Of a stretch of 64,000 nucleotides of DNA, positions 29,345 to 40,644 are shown piece after piece. The position numbers and the translations under genes were made by a program. Each line of letters opens with the position of its first letter. The stretch's first letter is position 1. This stretch comes from an uncultured Verrucomicrobiae bacterium (lineage in GTDB: Bacteria > Verrucomicrobiota > Verrucomicrobiia > Chthoniobacterales > UBA10450): positions 1,408,001-1,472,000 of the forward strand of contig CAVYXA010000001.1 in the NCBI GenBank assembly GCA_963772365.1. Reading direction: 5' to 3'. The notes under the pieces are model-generated. The model searched no databases and had not been told where the DNA came from. It saw only the letters and a program-made list of their open reading frames with translations.

Positions 29345-31498
29345 CTAAGAAGCCTGGACTTGCTTGGCGCGGGTACGGGAGGCAGTGGAAACGGATTCAC
29401 CATTTGTTCCCGAGCTGGACGAAGGTGAGTTGTAATATTCTGAGTACTGGTAGTAGTAGTACTCGGGCAGAGAAGTGTTGACAAAATTCAGGATGACGCC
29501 CGGGACATTTACCTGGCGATGGTAAAGCAGTTCCAGCGATTTGCGGACAAGTCGGGCGGAAGTGTAGGCCAATCGGGCCACAAAAATGGTGGCATCGATC
29601 TTCGGGGCAAGGCTCGTCGTATCGTCCGCGGCGAGAACCGGCGAACTGTCGATCACGATATAATCGTATTCGTCATACACTTCGCGCAAGAACGCCTCGG
29701 TCGAATCGCGAAGCAGATGCTCACTAGGCTGCGACAATGTTTTGCCGCGGGGCAATATGAAGAGGTTCGCATAGGAAGTCGGGACAACGACCTCCCGCCA
29801 GTTTACTTCCTGCTTCAGCACTTCCGAAAATCCGATTTTCGATGAGATGCCGAAAGTTTCGCGAAGCGCGCCTCGACGCAGGTCGGCATCGATCAACAAT
29901 GTGCGTGCACCAGATAACGCCATGGTAATGGCCAGGTTTGCGGCGATGGTGGATTTACCCTCACTTGGAACTGCACTGGTTATGAGCAATGTCTTCGGGC
30001 GCGGCCCTTCATAAGGCATGAAGAAAATCGACGAGCGGACATTGCGATAGGATTCTGCAAAAACGTGCCGGGCATCATCGGGCTGGAGAAGAGTAACCTT
30101 GCCTTTGGTGTGCTCCCTTGGGATCTGGCCGAGCACACTCTCGGAAAACTGCCGCTGGAATTCGCTCAATGAAGCCATGCGATCGTCGATCCTGTCCAGG
30201 AGGATGAGAATGGCGACACCAGCCACGAGCCCGAATCCGAACCCGATGAGGAGGCTCTTGACCAATCCTGGGCGCACCGAAACGCCAGGCGTAGCCATTT
30301 CCATGATTGCGATTTGATCAGCTGAATCGATCACTTGAGAGACATCGACTTCCTTCAGGTTGTTAGCCAACCGCTCATAGAGAACCTTCAACCGATCGAC
30401 TTTCCCTTTGACCCGGTTGAATTCGGCGAGTCGCTGGCTCAAGTCGAGCGCTTTGGCTTCCCATTCTTTGATGTTTGCCTGGAGGTTCTCCATTTGTTTG
30501 CCGATTGATTCGCGCCGGGTTTTGAGTTTTTCGAGGGCGTCACCGCGATACAGCTCGATGAGTTTTTCCTGTTTCGAGATCTCGTCGTTGATCTTGATGA
30601 TCTTGGGATGCTTTGGCCGGAGATTTTTCGACAAAATATCGCGCTCGGCCTTCAGCAACTGGACTTGCTGTTTCGCTTTCAAGTAATCCGCCTCGGGACC
30701 GACGCCGGGGAACGGCATGACCGGTTCCTGACTCTGGGCGCCACCACCGACACCGTCCGCTTTCGCCTTGGCTCGATCGAGATTTTGATCCAGATCGAGC
30801 ATCTCGAGAAGATCGTATTCGGTTTTGAACGCCGCGTAATCGCGATTCAATTTTACCAGGTAAGCGGCCGCGCTGTTTCCCTCTTCCTGGATGAAACCGA
30901 TGTTGTTCTGTTTTTGGAATTCGAGCATTTCATCCTCAGCCGCGCGTAAATCCTTTTCGGTCTGAATGAGCTGTTCGGTAATGCCAGTAATGACGGTCTG
31001 GCCTTGCCCTTGGCGCATGCCTTTTTTGAAATCGAGATATTTCTGCATGACGGCATTGAGATATGCCTGCGTATACTCGGCCGAGCGGCCGATCGCTTGA
31101 AGCTCGAAAATCGACGTATGCGGCCTTTGCACAATCAATAGATCTACCAGACTGGACTGCAATTCAGGATGCGTCGCCCGGACCTGAGCTTCTGCTCCGC
31201 GTCTGACTTCGTCGCTTTGCATTAGCTGGATCTGAGTGCCGAAGAAATTCTGCGATTCTTCGCTGTAGACGGCGCCTTGCGGGATGTGCAGTTGGCCCGG
31301 CATCATCATTTTGCTGGTGGAGAGATAAGAGGGCGGTGTCTGATAAGCGATCCATGCCTCCACGAACAATCCGAGGCAGATCGTCAGGACCGGAATCCAC
31401 CAGCGCCTGAGCAAAAGCGTTTTGTATCGGTGCAGCCGGGTAATGAAACCAGTGGACCAGGTCGCGGGTGTGAATTTTTCAGCGCCGGGAAGTTGCAT
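29345..31498 (-). CDS. wzc: Polysaccharide co-polymerase / tyrosine autokinase (Wzc-like)
   Basis: Two TMs around a coiled coil; AESYRNVR, ITSAVPSEGKST, IDADLR, IDSSP; C-terminal Tyr cluster EYYYYQYSEYY. Confidence 0.93.
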   Translation of the reverse strand: MQLPGAEKFTPATWSTGFITRLHRYKTLLLRRWWIPVLTICLGLFVEAWIAYQTPPSYLSTSKMMMPGQLHIPQGAVYSEESQNFFGTQIQLMQSDEVRRGAEAQVRATHPELQSSLVDLLIVQRPHTSIFELQAIGRSAEYTQAYLNAVMQKYLDFKKGMRQGQGQTVITGITEQLIQTEKDLRAAEDEMLEFQKQNNIGFIQEEGNSAAAYLVKLNRDYAAFKTEYDLLEMLDLDQNLDRAKAKADGVGGGAQSQEPVMPFPGVGPEADYLKAKQQVQLLKAERDILSKNLRPKHPKIIKINDEISKQEKLIELYRGDALEKLKTRRESIGKQMENLQANIKEWEAKALDLSQRLAEFNRVKGKVDRLKVLYERLANNLKEVDVSQVIDSADQIAIMEMATPGVSVRPGLVKSLLIGFGFGLVAGVAILILLDRIDDRMASLSEFQRQFSESVLGQIPREHTKGKVTLLQPDDARHVFAESYRNVRSSIFFMPYEGPRPKTLLITSAVPSEGKSTIAANLAITMALSGARTLLIDADLRRGALRETFGISSKIGFSEVLKQEVNWREVVVPTSYANLFILPRGKTLSQPSEHLLRDSTEAFLREVYDEYDYIVIDSSPVLAADDTTSLAPKIDATIFVARLAYTSARLVRKSLELLYHRQVNVPGVILNFVNTSLPEYYYYQYSEYYNSPSSSSGTNGESVSTASRTRAKQVQAS

Positions 31499-31500
31499 GA

Positions 31501-32187
31501 TTACATGTTGATCAACCGTTGCGGGACATAAATCTGATCGTCTGGTTCGAGAGTGATGTCTTCCTCAGTGTGTCCCTCCTCAATCACTCGTTTAAGATCG
31601 ACAGTGAAATCTTTCCCGTTTTGGCGAGTTAATTTCACCTTGCGTTTGTTGGCAAAATCGCCAAAGCCACCGGCACGAATGACCGCCTTGCTCACCGTGT
31701 ATACTTCGTCCGGCGGAAGTTCCTGCGGGCCTTGCGCTTTGACGGAGCCATAGACATAGATCCGGCCGCGCGATTTCTCGCTGACGCGGTCCAGCGCCAG
31801 AATCACAGTTGCGTGATAATAATACTCTCTCTCCAGAGCGGCCTTGATGTTGTAGGCGAGTTGTTTGCAGGTTTTACCTTCGGCTGGAACCGGACCGATG
31901 TAGGGAACTTCCAGCTCGCCGTTATCGTTGACTCGAAGCCGCTGAGATTCATCATCTCGATCCTCAACTACGCGAAAACTGACGAAGTCGTTTGGCCCGA
32001 GCTTTTTCTTATCGTCCAGAACGCCCATCGAGTTGGTCAGCATGACCGTGCTCGTGCTTGGGGCAATATCCGGCGCCGGAGCCCTCGTAGCCGAAGGTAC
32101 GGCTGGACTAGTGGCGTCCTGACCACGTCCCGCCGGTGACACAAAAATGAAAACGGCGGAGATCAGTGCATAAACACGAACTCTCAT
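31501..32187 (-). CDS. Short polysaccharide export (OPX/Wza-family) protein
   Basis: Signal peptide; Poly_export motif (LGPND..RVNDNGELEVPYIG) and one SLBB (GSVK..AGGF..LEPDDQIYVP). Confidence 0.88.
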   Translation of the reverse strand: MRVRVYALISAVFIFVSPAGRGQDATSPAVPSATRAPAPDIAPSTSTVMLTNSMGVLDDKKKLGPNDFVSFRVVEDRDDESQRLRVNDNGELEVPYIGPVPAEGKTCKQLAYNIKAALEREYYYHATVILALDRVSEKSRGRIYVYGSVKAQGPQELPPDEVYTVSKAVIRAGGFGDFANKRKVKLTRQNGKDFTVDLKRVIEEGHTEEDITLEPDDQIYVPQRLINM

Positions 32188-32209
32188 TAAACTCCCAATC
32201 TATCCCTGG

Positions 32210-33571
32210 TTAAAAACTATATGTGCCGTCGAGGGAAACACGGTTCTGGGTATAATCGCGGAACAAAAGATCGGAATCCTTCTGCGTGTATTGATAACGC
32301 AGCCCAAGCGTGACGTGCGGCGTCAATTGATAACCGACTGTGATCGCGCCGCCATATCGGTGAAGATGCTCGCCGTTGAAGTCGCCCTGAAAAATTCCGG
32401 CAAATCCACCCGATTCATCTGCATCTTCATAAAAGAATTCGGTCGAGAGAAGGGTATTGCGAATGACATTCCAGTTAATCGTGTAGCGTACATAGTTGAG
32501 CTCGATGGCGTTAGAGTTAATGCCGAGCTGGTTTTCATGTCCTGCGCTCAGAGAATGGCTCACGTAGCCATTAATTTGGTGGGTGATCAGTCCGTTGACG
32601 TAAAAATCTTCTACGTCACTCTTGTCGGGGACCATGATGATCCCGAAGGGCGGACCGAGATCGAACAGCACGAAGTTGTGATCGAAGTCGATCCATTGAT
32701 ATCCTCCCGCCACACGCGCCCGGATGTTATTAGTTAATTGCGTCTCCAGAAATGCGCCTGCGCTATAGGTGTTGGAATCGTTTAGTATGTTGTCGTCAAA
32801 AGAGGTAAAAACGGCCGTGCCTTCAACGCCAACGATCATCGTGTTGGTTAGATTCACGCCAGCCGATCCATAAACCTGCTCCGCCATTCGATTCAGATAA
32901 TCGAACTCGTCCGTCGTGGACACGTAAGTGTAATGATCGTACCCGACGGTGACTAAAATCGCGTTCAGGTCCCACAGCACCGATAAACCCGCATAATTTT
33001 CGAGCCGGCCATAATCGGTGGTGTTGCTAAGGGCGAATTCCGCAATCGGGTCCTGTTGCACCGAGAGGCGATCGTGGATGTTGATTCGAAAATCACCCAC
33101 GAAAATGTCGAATGCCACCTGCGAGTTGGGGGCGATCAGGATGCCGTTTGTATTTGCCTCGGAATGGTCGAGATAAGCCGCATAGCTGAAGCCGAGGTCG
33201 AGGCGGAAGGTGTTGATCTCCGAGATCGGCCAGATTGCGTTCAGGGTGACTTGCGGCCGAATAATGACGTCATCTTGGGCGAACTGGTCGGGAGCGTAGT
33301 TAATATTGTCATTGTATTCGACACCGATGCTTGCACCGACCCGAAAACGCACAGGACCAACCAACAGATTGTAAGGGATTCGCTCAATATCCTGGCGCCG
33401 GGCCTCACTGGCTGATTCTCCCGCCAAAGAGGGCCGGACCGCGTCTTGCGCGCGCCCGACCGACGGAATCAGCAGAAGCGACAGCAGGAAAAGAAGGCCC
33501 AAACGCCGGAGAGGAGAAGGGCACGAAGAAGTGGGTTCACGGCACATAGACAGGTCAGACAGGTTTATCAT
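32210..33571 (-). CDS. EPS-associated outer-membrane beta-barrel protein
   Basis: Signal peptide, EYNDNI motif, alternating aromatic strands, C-terminal YSF. Confidence 0.8.
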   Translation of the reverse strand: MINLSDLSMCREPTSSCPSPLRRLGLLFLLSLLLIPSVGRAQDAVRPSLAGESASEARRQDIERIPYNLLVGPVRFRVGASIGVEYNDNINYAPDQFAQDDVIIRPQVTLNAIWPISEINTFRLDLGFSYAAYLDHSEANTNGILIAPNSQVAFDIFVGDFRINIHDRLSVQQDPIAEFALSNTTDYGRLENYAGLSVLWDLNAILVTVGYDHYTYVSTTDEFDYLNRMAEQVYGSAGVNLTNTMIVGVEGTAVFTSFDDNILNDSNTYSAGAFLETQLTNNIRARVAGGYQWIDFDHNFVLFDLGPPFGIIMVPDKSDVEDFYVNGLITHQINGYVSHSLSAGHENQLGINSNAIELNYVRYTINWNVIRNTLLSTEFFYEDADESGGFAGIFQGDFNGEHLHRYGGAITVGYQLTPHVTLGLRYQYTQKDSDLLFRDYTQNRVSLDGTYSF

Positions 33572-33846
33572 AGCAGTTGTGATACCAAAGGAAATTCGCT
33601 GGGCGAAGAAGCCTTTCTACACGACATCTGTATTTGCAATAGCTTGCCACACTGGTTTTCGCCCTCTTTCAATCTTTTACTAGAAAACAGGGCAGCCCAG
33701 CAAGCGAAATCGATTCAAAAGTTTCACCCTTGCCGGCAGCAGAATTTGGCATTCGATAAGCCGCCCGCCAAGCCGCGTTTTGGACCAATGGACAGAGCGG
33801 AAGGAAAGTGTGCTGACTGGCCCGCTCTAAGCTTTCATCAGCTCAC

Positions 33847-34422
33847 ATGAATCCGTGTCGATCCTCTTTCCCGGAGTTGATCACTTTATTCGGCTGTGGC
33901 CTGTTTTGCGTCCTCCTTCAAAGTGACCTCTCTGCTTCTACCGGTGACGCCGCTGAAAGAGATCGGGGCGCTTTAGGATCAACCGAGTCCCACACCCAGG
34001 TCGAATGCATAATGCCAGATGGGCGCCTCGTGCGGGTTTCGCAAGCCGATCAGAATGCGCCTGCGACGGTGAAAGACGATGCGATCAGCTGTGCTTTGCG
34101 TGAGGGCGAAACGGTTTTCATCATTGCCTTCCCCAGAACCGGAGTTCTCGACCGACTTACGTTCGTAAATAAAAATTCCGCAGCCTGCGGCGAACTGAAA
34201 ATTGCGGTATCCAATTATCACCTTCGCGCGGACAGCCCGGCATGGACCGATGTCGACGGAGCGATCTCATTCGCTCGCAAGCGGCTCTTTAATCTTTCGA
34301 TGATCGGCGTCGAAGCCAAGTACGTGAAATTATCCTTTCACGTTCAGAAGTCGGAGAAAATGACAGGCATCAGCATTGATCCTCGTCGTCTGCGCCTGGC
34401 CGCTACCGTCGCGGCAAACTGA
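33847..34422 (+). CDS. Hypothetical exported beta-rich protein
   Basis: 191-aa ORF, hydrophobic N-terminus, EAKYVKLSF end reminiscent of discoidin-like folds. Confidence 0.55.
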   Translation: MNPCRSSFPELITLFGCGLFCVLLQSDLSASTGDAAERDRGALGSTESHTQVECIMPDGRLVRVSQADQNAPATVKDDAISCALREGETVFIIAFPRTGVLDRLTFVNKNSAACGELKIAVSNYHLRADSPAWTDVDGAISFARKRLFNLSMIGVEAKYVKLSFHVQKSEKMTGISIDPRRLRLAATVAAN

Positions 34423-34568
34423 CAACGAGCAGCCCCGGATAGCGGCTTGGCAACGCGCCACGGTTCAATCTCCGTCAGGATTTCATAACAACTTTCCCTT
34501 TTCCCGTCGATGCAGCAGGGGCATGGAACTAGCTATTTTGATCGAGGGCTCCGAAACGTCGCGACGAC

Positions 34569-36234
34569 ATGCTATCGACTAATGGGAATCAAGGAGAAAG
34601 TGCGATAGCGGGAGTGGTCGAGAGCGGCGGATCGAGTCAAATCTGCGACAAATCCACGAACCATGAAAACCAGACTGCGTTGCTACTGCAAGATCCTGCG
34701 CGGCAAACTGCGAACTATTTTGAACTTATTGCCCGGGCTACAAACGATGCAGTTCGGGATTGGAATGTAAGAACTGGCACACTTTCCTGGCCACAAGGTT
34801 TGGCAACGTTGCTCGGTTACGAAACACATTCTGGCAACGGCACAATCAATTTCTGGCACGACCGAATTCATCTTGAAGATCGGTCGCGCGTCACAAGGAG
34901 CATTCAAGTTGCTCTAGCTGCAACGGATGAGCATTGGAGCGGGGAGTATCGCTTCCGGCGAGCAGACGGGCAATACCTCCAATTGCTGGAGCGTGCTCTG
35001 ATCGAACGCAATGCCGACGGACAAGCAATTCGTTTCACCGGTTCCCTTATGGACATCACTGCCCGCAGACAACTTCGCGACCAGCTTTGTCGCTCCCAAA
35101 GGATGGAAGCGTTCGGTCAGCTTGCCGGTGGGCTGGCACACGACTTTAATAATTTTCTTACCACGATACTTGGCTACAGCGATCTGGCGCTGACGGAGCC
35201 GGGCGTCAAAGGAATAGTAGCCGACCATGTTGTCGAGATTCGTAAAGCTGCCAATCGCGCTTCCGATTTAGCCAGTCAATTGCTCGCTTTCAGCCGGAAG
35301 CGGGCTCTCGAGCCGCAGGTGGTCCAAGTGAACTCTTTGATTACCAATCTTGAACGCTCGCTCCTAAGACTGCTCGGCGAAAATATTTCGGTGGTGTGCG
35401 AACTGCATCACGACAAAGAAGGCGGACATGTTCGTGTGGATCCTGGCCAAATCACCCAAATCATCCTAAACCTCGCGGTAAACGCGCGCGACGCAATGCC
35501 AGGAGGAGGCCGGCTGACTATCAGAACGACAATCGTCGATCTTACGGTCGAACATCCCCCCCCTTTTTTCTGCAATGATTTTGTTCCGGGCACTTACGTC
35601 TTGATTAGCGTGAGTGACACCGGCACCGGGATGACTCAGGAAGCGAAGTTGCATTTGTTCGAACCGTTCTTCACGACCAAAGACCATCACAGCGGGTTGG
35701 GACTCGCGAGCAGCTACGGAATCGTCCATCAAAGTGGAGGCCACATCCTATTCGAGAGTGAGCCCGATAAAGGCACCACGGCACAGATTTATCTTCCAAA
35801 AGTCCCGGCGCCTCCCCCCGTGTTTACTTACAACAAACCGGGAGTGAAGAAGCTTGCGACCGGAAACGAAACAATCCTCGTGCTCGAAGATGATGTCAGC
35901 GTGCGTCACATTTCAGTGCGTGTGTTGCGAAAACTTGGCTATCAGGTGATCGAAGCGGCAAACGGAGACGACGCCCAGCGGATGATCACCGAAAGCGCGG
36001 GACGCAAAGTTCACCTTTTGCTTACCGATGTGGTGATGCCTCAAATGAGCGGCCGATACTTTGCGGATTGGCTAAGAAAAATCAGCCCTCACACGAAAGT
36101 AGTCTTCGTCTCCGGTTATCTGGCCGATTCGCTCCATCCCGGAGACAGGATCGACAACGGAATGTTCTTTCTCCCCAAGCCGTTCGATCCGGAGCAACTC
36201 GCCAGTACCGATTCGCCAGGCGCTCGACTCTTAG
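34569..36234 (+). CDS. PAS-domain hybrid histidine kinase (true stop probably 36234 after a frameshift near 36208)
   Basis: PAS, LAGGLAHDFNN H-box, NARDAMP, DTGTGM, GLGL, receiver LLTDVVMP..LPKPF; shifted frame ends IRQALDS*. Confidence 0.88.
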
Positions 36235-37743
36235 AGTTCCGGCTTTTCGATCAGGTGCAGTCCGGATTGCGCCGAGACTCAACCTGGGCAACCACGGCAG
36301 AAGCGATGAGAACGAGACATAAAGAAATCCGGCCTGAAACATGAGTAAAAATGGCAGCGAAAGAAATTGTCGATGCTCGAGGGCAAACCAGACGAAATAA
36401 GTAAAATAAATCGCGAACGCCATCTCAGCTACCGGCAGAAGGGATTTTAACGGCTTGTATTTGCACCCACGCCACAGCTGTTCTTTGCGCTCGATGCCGT
36501 ACTTCGGTGTGCGCGTAAATTCCGACTTGTGATTGCAGATTGCCTCGAGCACCGCGCGGGCATTGTTCAGGGACAGACCAATACCAAGAGCAAGCAAACA
36601 GGGGAGAAATAGAATTTCCTTCATCCATGTGTGCGGGTGAAGTTCGCGTTGCGCGCAGACGTAAAAAACTCCCACCGAAACCGAGGCAGCAAAAAAGATC
36701 GGGATATCAATTAGAATAGTTCTTGTCCATCCGGGCTGCGGTCCTCCGATCGAAGGATGCAGCAGCACACATAGGCAGGCGAGCAGAAGATAGGCAAAAT
36801 TCGACATTAAGTGCCCGGTTGCTTCGAGCTTAATGGCAAAAGGAAGTCTGCTCCGCCAAATCCGAGGCAGCAGTTTTTTACAAGTTTGAACCGATCCTTT
36901 TGTCCAGCGATGCTGTTGGGACTTGAACCCGTTCATATCGACCGGCAACTCCGCGGGAGTCACGACATCGGCAAGGAAAATGAATTTCCAACCGTCCAGT
37001 TGGGCGCGGTAGCTCAAATCCAAGTCTTCTGTGAGCGTGTCGTGCTGCCAACCGCCAGCATTCTGGATGCACGATTTTCTCCAAAGCCCGGCGGTGCCGT
37101 TGAAGTTGAAAAAACGGCCGCTCCGGCTGCGGGCAGTTTGCTCCAGCAGCAGGTGACCATCCAAAAACATTGCCTGGACACGGGTCAAAAGCGAGTAGCC
37201 GCGATTGAGATGTCCCCAGCGTGTCTGAATCATGCCTACTTTCGGGTCGGTGAAAAAATCGATGGTGCGTCTGAGCAGGTCGGAAGTCGGGACAAAATCG
37301 GCGTCGAGTATGCAAACGAACTCGCCTTCGGCCGACTCGAGGCCGATGGCCAGAGCTCCAGCTTTAAAACCGGTCCGATCGACGCGATGGATTAGATCGA
37401 CATTGAACCCGCGCTCTCGCAGTTCCGCCGCGCAAGAAGCTGTCATCTGATGGGTTTCGTCGGTGGAATCATCCAGCACCTGGATTTGAAGGAGCTCCCG
37501 CGGATAATCGAGTTCGCTTACGGAGCGAAGCAGGCGTTCGGCCACGTAAACTTCATTAAAAATCGGCAGCTGCACCGTCACTTTGGGCAGCCGTTCGAAC
37601 TGATGCAGCGGTTGCGGCGCGCGCCCCTTATTCTTTAGGAACAGATAGATAATGAAATACCGATGCAGACCGTAGGCAGAGAGGCCCGTCAGCACGCTCA
37701 AATAACAAATTGTCCAGATAAGATGGCCGAGGCTTCCTTGCAT
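36082..37743 (-). CDS. Processive GT2 (cellulose-synthase-like) glycosyltransferase; 3' end uncertain
   Basis: QLPIFNE, LDDSTD, GFKAGAL, DADF, TEDLDLS, QQHRW (QxxRW) motifs. Confidence 0.9.
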   Translation of the reverse strand: MQGSLGHLIWTICYLSVLTGLSAYGLHRYFIIYLFLKNKGRAPQPLHQFERLPKVTVQLPIFNEVYVAERLLRSVSELDYPRELLQIQVLDDSTDETHQMTASCAAELRERGFNVDLIHRVDRTGFKAGALAIGLESAEGEFVCILDADFVPTSDLLRRTIDFFTDPKVGMIQTRWGHLNRGYSLLTRVQAMFLDGHLLLEQTARSRSGRFFNFNGTAGLWRKSCIQNAGGWQHDTLTEDLDLSYRAQLDGWKFIFLADVVTPAELPVDMNGFKSQQHRWTKGSVQTCKKLLPRIWRSRLPFAIKLEATGHLMSNFAYLLLACLCVLLHPSIGGPQPGWTRTILIDIPIFFAASVSVGVFYVCAQRELHPHTWMKEILFLPCLLALGIGLSLNNARAVLEAICNHKSEFTRTPKYGIERKEQLWRGCKYKPLKSLLPVAEMAFAIYFTYFVWFALEHRQFLSLPFLLMFQAGFLYVSFSSLLPWLPRLSLGAIRTAPDRKAGTLRVERLANRYWRVAPDRTAWGERTFRCRSCLRDGANRPDNRRRRLLSCEG

Positions 37744-37868
37744 TAGGTTTCAAGCGGTGCCTGTTCAGATACAGCGCGAATGATGACGCTTCCCTAGTGG
37801 GCGTCAATTCAAAAAAAGGGGCGGTCAGCTTTCGCGATAGTGTTGACGGTTTGTCAGTTGGAAGCAGA

Positions 37869-37968
37869 CCCTCACCTCAATCCTCTCCCTGGCAGGGAGA
37901 GGATGACATAGGGCGCGGGTGCCTTGGGAATCGGGGTCGGGGGCCGTACGCGAAGCGCCAGGTTAGGG
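37869..37968. repeat. Intergenic CCCTCACC/GGGAGAGG palindromic element
   Basis: CCCTCACC..CCTCTCCCT/AGGGAGAGG..GGTTAGGG; right end is 19/20 identical (reverse complement) to the cysS insert. Confidence 0.8.
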
Positions 37969-38135
37969 TTGTGGAATTCGCCTCCCCGAACGGACAATGA
38001 ACACACACTACCAGCTTTCGCCGTGCTCCAAAGTCGGCTGGCTTACGTTGTCGATCCTGCATGATCCCATTCTGCCCTTGCCTGTGACGAGGGACGGGTT
38101 GATTGGTGAAAAGCGAATTTCCTCGGTCGGACGGA

Positions 38136-40622
38136 ATGCAACTGCCAGATATATTTCGAAAACGGAGGCGCGACCGCTTCGAACGTTTCAACATCGGCTT
38201 CCTGATTCTCTTGGCTGGATGGGTCCCATCGATCCTGACCCTCGTTGTCTCCTACACTATCCTGAGCAACACGCTGGAATCAAAAATCCTCCGCGACCGC
38301 CAGACTTTCGTGCAATTGATCGCGCATCTGATCGGTGACGATCTCGATCGAACCAGTGGGATCATCGAATATTATCAAACCCTGCCCGGCATCGTCACAA
38401 TGTTAACGATGCCCAATCCGCAGTCTGCCGCTCAACAATGGCTTGGGTCAGCTTATTACTCGCAACCGCGGATTGACGGGATGTTTGTGACAACGAGCGA
38501 CGGTCGTCTCATTGCTTCCGTTCCGGAAATACCCGAGATGATCGGGAAGGATTTCCAATCCGGATTTTGGCGTGAGCAGGCGAATTCCACCCGGGATGTC
38601 TTTGTCTCTGCGGTTCATCATCGTTTACCTGATCAACGGCTTGCTACGGACATTGTGGGGGCCGTTCGTCAGCCGGACGGCACGATCGTCGGCTACATTG
38701 GTGTGTCAGTTCTGGTGGAGAGAATGGGCCGCAGGCTTTCGAGCATCGAATTCACCGATAATTTATTGTGCGAGGTGTTCGATCAAAATGGCATTCCTTT
38801 GTTTGATCGCGATTTCAAACCAAACTCAAACGCTCTCCGACCAACCGGCGGAACTTTGATGGATGAAATCCGCACGAGAAAGACCGGGCATCTTGAGAAA
38901 TACGACAATGTCTACTCGTTTAGCCCAATCGAATCGACTGGGTGGGCAGTGGTGATTCAGCAGCCCATGGCTGTCGCTTATAAACCCGTTCACGATCTGC
39001 TAGGCAAAATGAATTACCTCGTAGGATGGCTCGTGGTCGGGACCGCCATCGGAGCCTGGGGCGCAAGTCGGCTTTACCAAAGACAAACCGAAGCTACCCG
39101 GCGGGTCGAAAGGGAGGTGATTTTCAACGAAAATATTCTGGCAAACATGCCAAGCGGTATCGCTTTCGTCGATCCTGTGTCGCGCCGCTTTCTTCAGGCG
39201 AATGAAGCCTTCGGGCAAATGGCACAGCGATTTGGGCAGCTACCGGCGGGACGAGAAATCAAGAAGGCAAACTTCGACGAAATCACAATCGCTCCGGCCG
39301 GTGCAATCGAAGGAGTGCTCGCTTCGGGAATACCATTTCACCTGGCCGAGCATTCAATCAAAGACGAAGCCGGAATGACCCACTTCGTGGATATCAGTCT
39401 GATCCGGCTGGAAGGTTCGAAGCAGAATGTGCAGGGTGTGCTCTATATCGTGGAAGATAAGACGCGCGATGTGGCATTGCGGCAGGAACTGATCGCCGCT
39501 AATGCAGCCAAGGATCAATTCTTGGCGTTGCTCTCCCACGAATTGCGCAACCCGCTTTCACCGGTGATTGCCATGGTGAGCGAGTTGGAAGCAACTGTTT
39601 CGGATTCATCGCGGGTCCGGCACGCGCTCGATGTGATTCGCCGCAATGTTGAACTGGAAGCGCGCCTGATCGACGATCTACTCGACGTTACCCGCATCGC
39701 CAAAGGCAAGTTGCAATTGACCTTTGAGCTGGTCAGTGTGCATGAGACTCTGCAGCGCGCCTTCGAAATTTGTGGTGAAGATATCGCCGCCAAGAAGCTC
39801 GAAACAGAATTCCGATTTCGCGCTGAGTCAGATTATGTCCGGGGAGATCCTGCTCGCTTGCAGCAGATTTTTTGGAACCTCATCAAGAACAGCGTGAAGT
39901 TCACGCCGGAAGAGGGAAGCATCACCATTGAAACGCGCAACCCCGTGGCGGGCGAGATTGAGATCCGAATTAGTGATAATGGGATCGGAATCGAGTCGGA
40001 GAAGATCGACAAGATCTTCAACGCCTTCGAGCAAGGTCAAAGCTCGATCACCCGTCGGTTCGGCGGGCTCGGCCTGGGCCTGGCAATTTCAAAAGCCATG
40101 GTCGATGCTCATGGTGGAAAAATTCGAGTAGAAAGTCCCGGAAAAGATCAGGGGGCAACCTTCGCCATCACTCTCAATACAGCGCCGGCCCCCCCGGGCA
40201 TCGATCGCGACGGAGGAGGCGATGGAGAAATCGCCGCCCCAGCGGACAAAGAACAACTTAATCGCAAAAAAGCTCGGCTGCTGGTTGTCGATGATCACCA
40301 GGACACTTGTATGGGGATGAAAATGATGCTGGAGCGCCGCGGTTACAACATCACCGTCGCCCATTCCGCAGAGCAGGCTGTCGAAACGGCGCGCGGAAAA
40401 GAATTCGATCTCTTGATCAGTGACATTGGACTTCCCGATCGAAGCGGTTACGAACTCATGCGCGAATTGCGGAACAGCAAGGGGCTAAGAGGAATTGCCC
40501 TGAGCGGATTCGGAATGGAGCACGACGTCAAGAAAGCCCAGGCTGCCGGTTTTTCAGAACACTTGACGAAGCCAATTAATTTCGAGCGGCTCGAAGAAGC
40601 GATTGAGAACCTGTTGATCTGA
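38136..40622 (+). CDS. Membrane hybrid histidine kinase (Cache-like, PAS, HisKA, HATPase, REC)
   Basis: Two TMs; LSHELRNPL, NLIKNSVKFT, DNGIG, GGLGLGLAI; LISDIGLPD, LTKP. Confidence 0.92.
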   Translation: MQLPDIFRKRRRDRFERFNIGFLILLAGWVPSILTLVVSYTILSNTLESKILRDRQTFVQLIAHLIGDDLDRTSGIIEYYQTLPGIVTMLTMPNPQSAAQQWLGSAYYSQPRIDGMFVTTSDGRLIASVPEIPEMIGKDFQSGFWREQANSTRDVFVSAVHHRLPDQRLATDIVGAVRQPDGTIVGYIGVSVLVERMGRRLSSIEFTDNLLCEVFDQNGIPLFDRDFKPNSNALRPTGGTLMDEIRTRKTGHLEKYDNVYSFSPIESTGWAVVIQQPMAVAYKPVHDLLGKMNYLVGWLVVGTAIGAWGASRLYQRQTEATRRVEREVIFNENILANMPSGIAFVDPVSRRFLQANEAFGQMAQRFGQLPAGREIKKANFDEITIAPAGAIEGVLASGIPFHLAEHSIKDEAGMTHFVDISLIRLEGSKQNVQGVLYIVEDKTRDVALRQELIAANAAKDQFLALLSHELRNPLSPVIAMVSELEATVSDSSRVRHALDVIRRNVELEARLIDDLLDVTRIAKGKLQLTFELVSVHETLQRAFEICGEDIAAKKLETEFRFRAESDYVRGDPARLQQIFWNLIKNSVKFTPEEGSITIETRNPVAGEIEIRISDNGIGIESEKIDKIFNAFEQGQSSITRRFGGLGLGLAISKAMVDAHGGKIRVESPGKDQGATFAITLNTAPAPPGIDRDGGGDGEIAAPADKEQLNRKKARLLVVDDHQDTCMGMKMMLERRGYNITVAHSAEQAVETARGKEFDLLISDIGLPDRSGYELMRELRNSKGLRGIALSGFGMEHDVKKAQAAGFSEHLTKPINFERLEEAIENLLI

Positions 40623-40644
40623 GCCGGAACGCTGAAAACGAAAG

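Noticed and set aside
36082..36344. Real 260-bp convergent overlap between the kinase and the GT2 gene
   Set aside because: A one-base shift gives the kinase a normal receiver end at 36234, so the overlap is probably an artefact.
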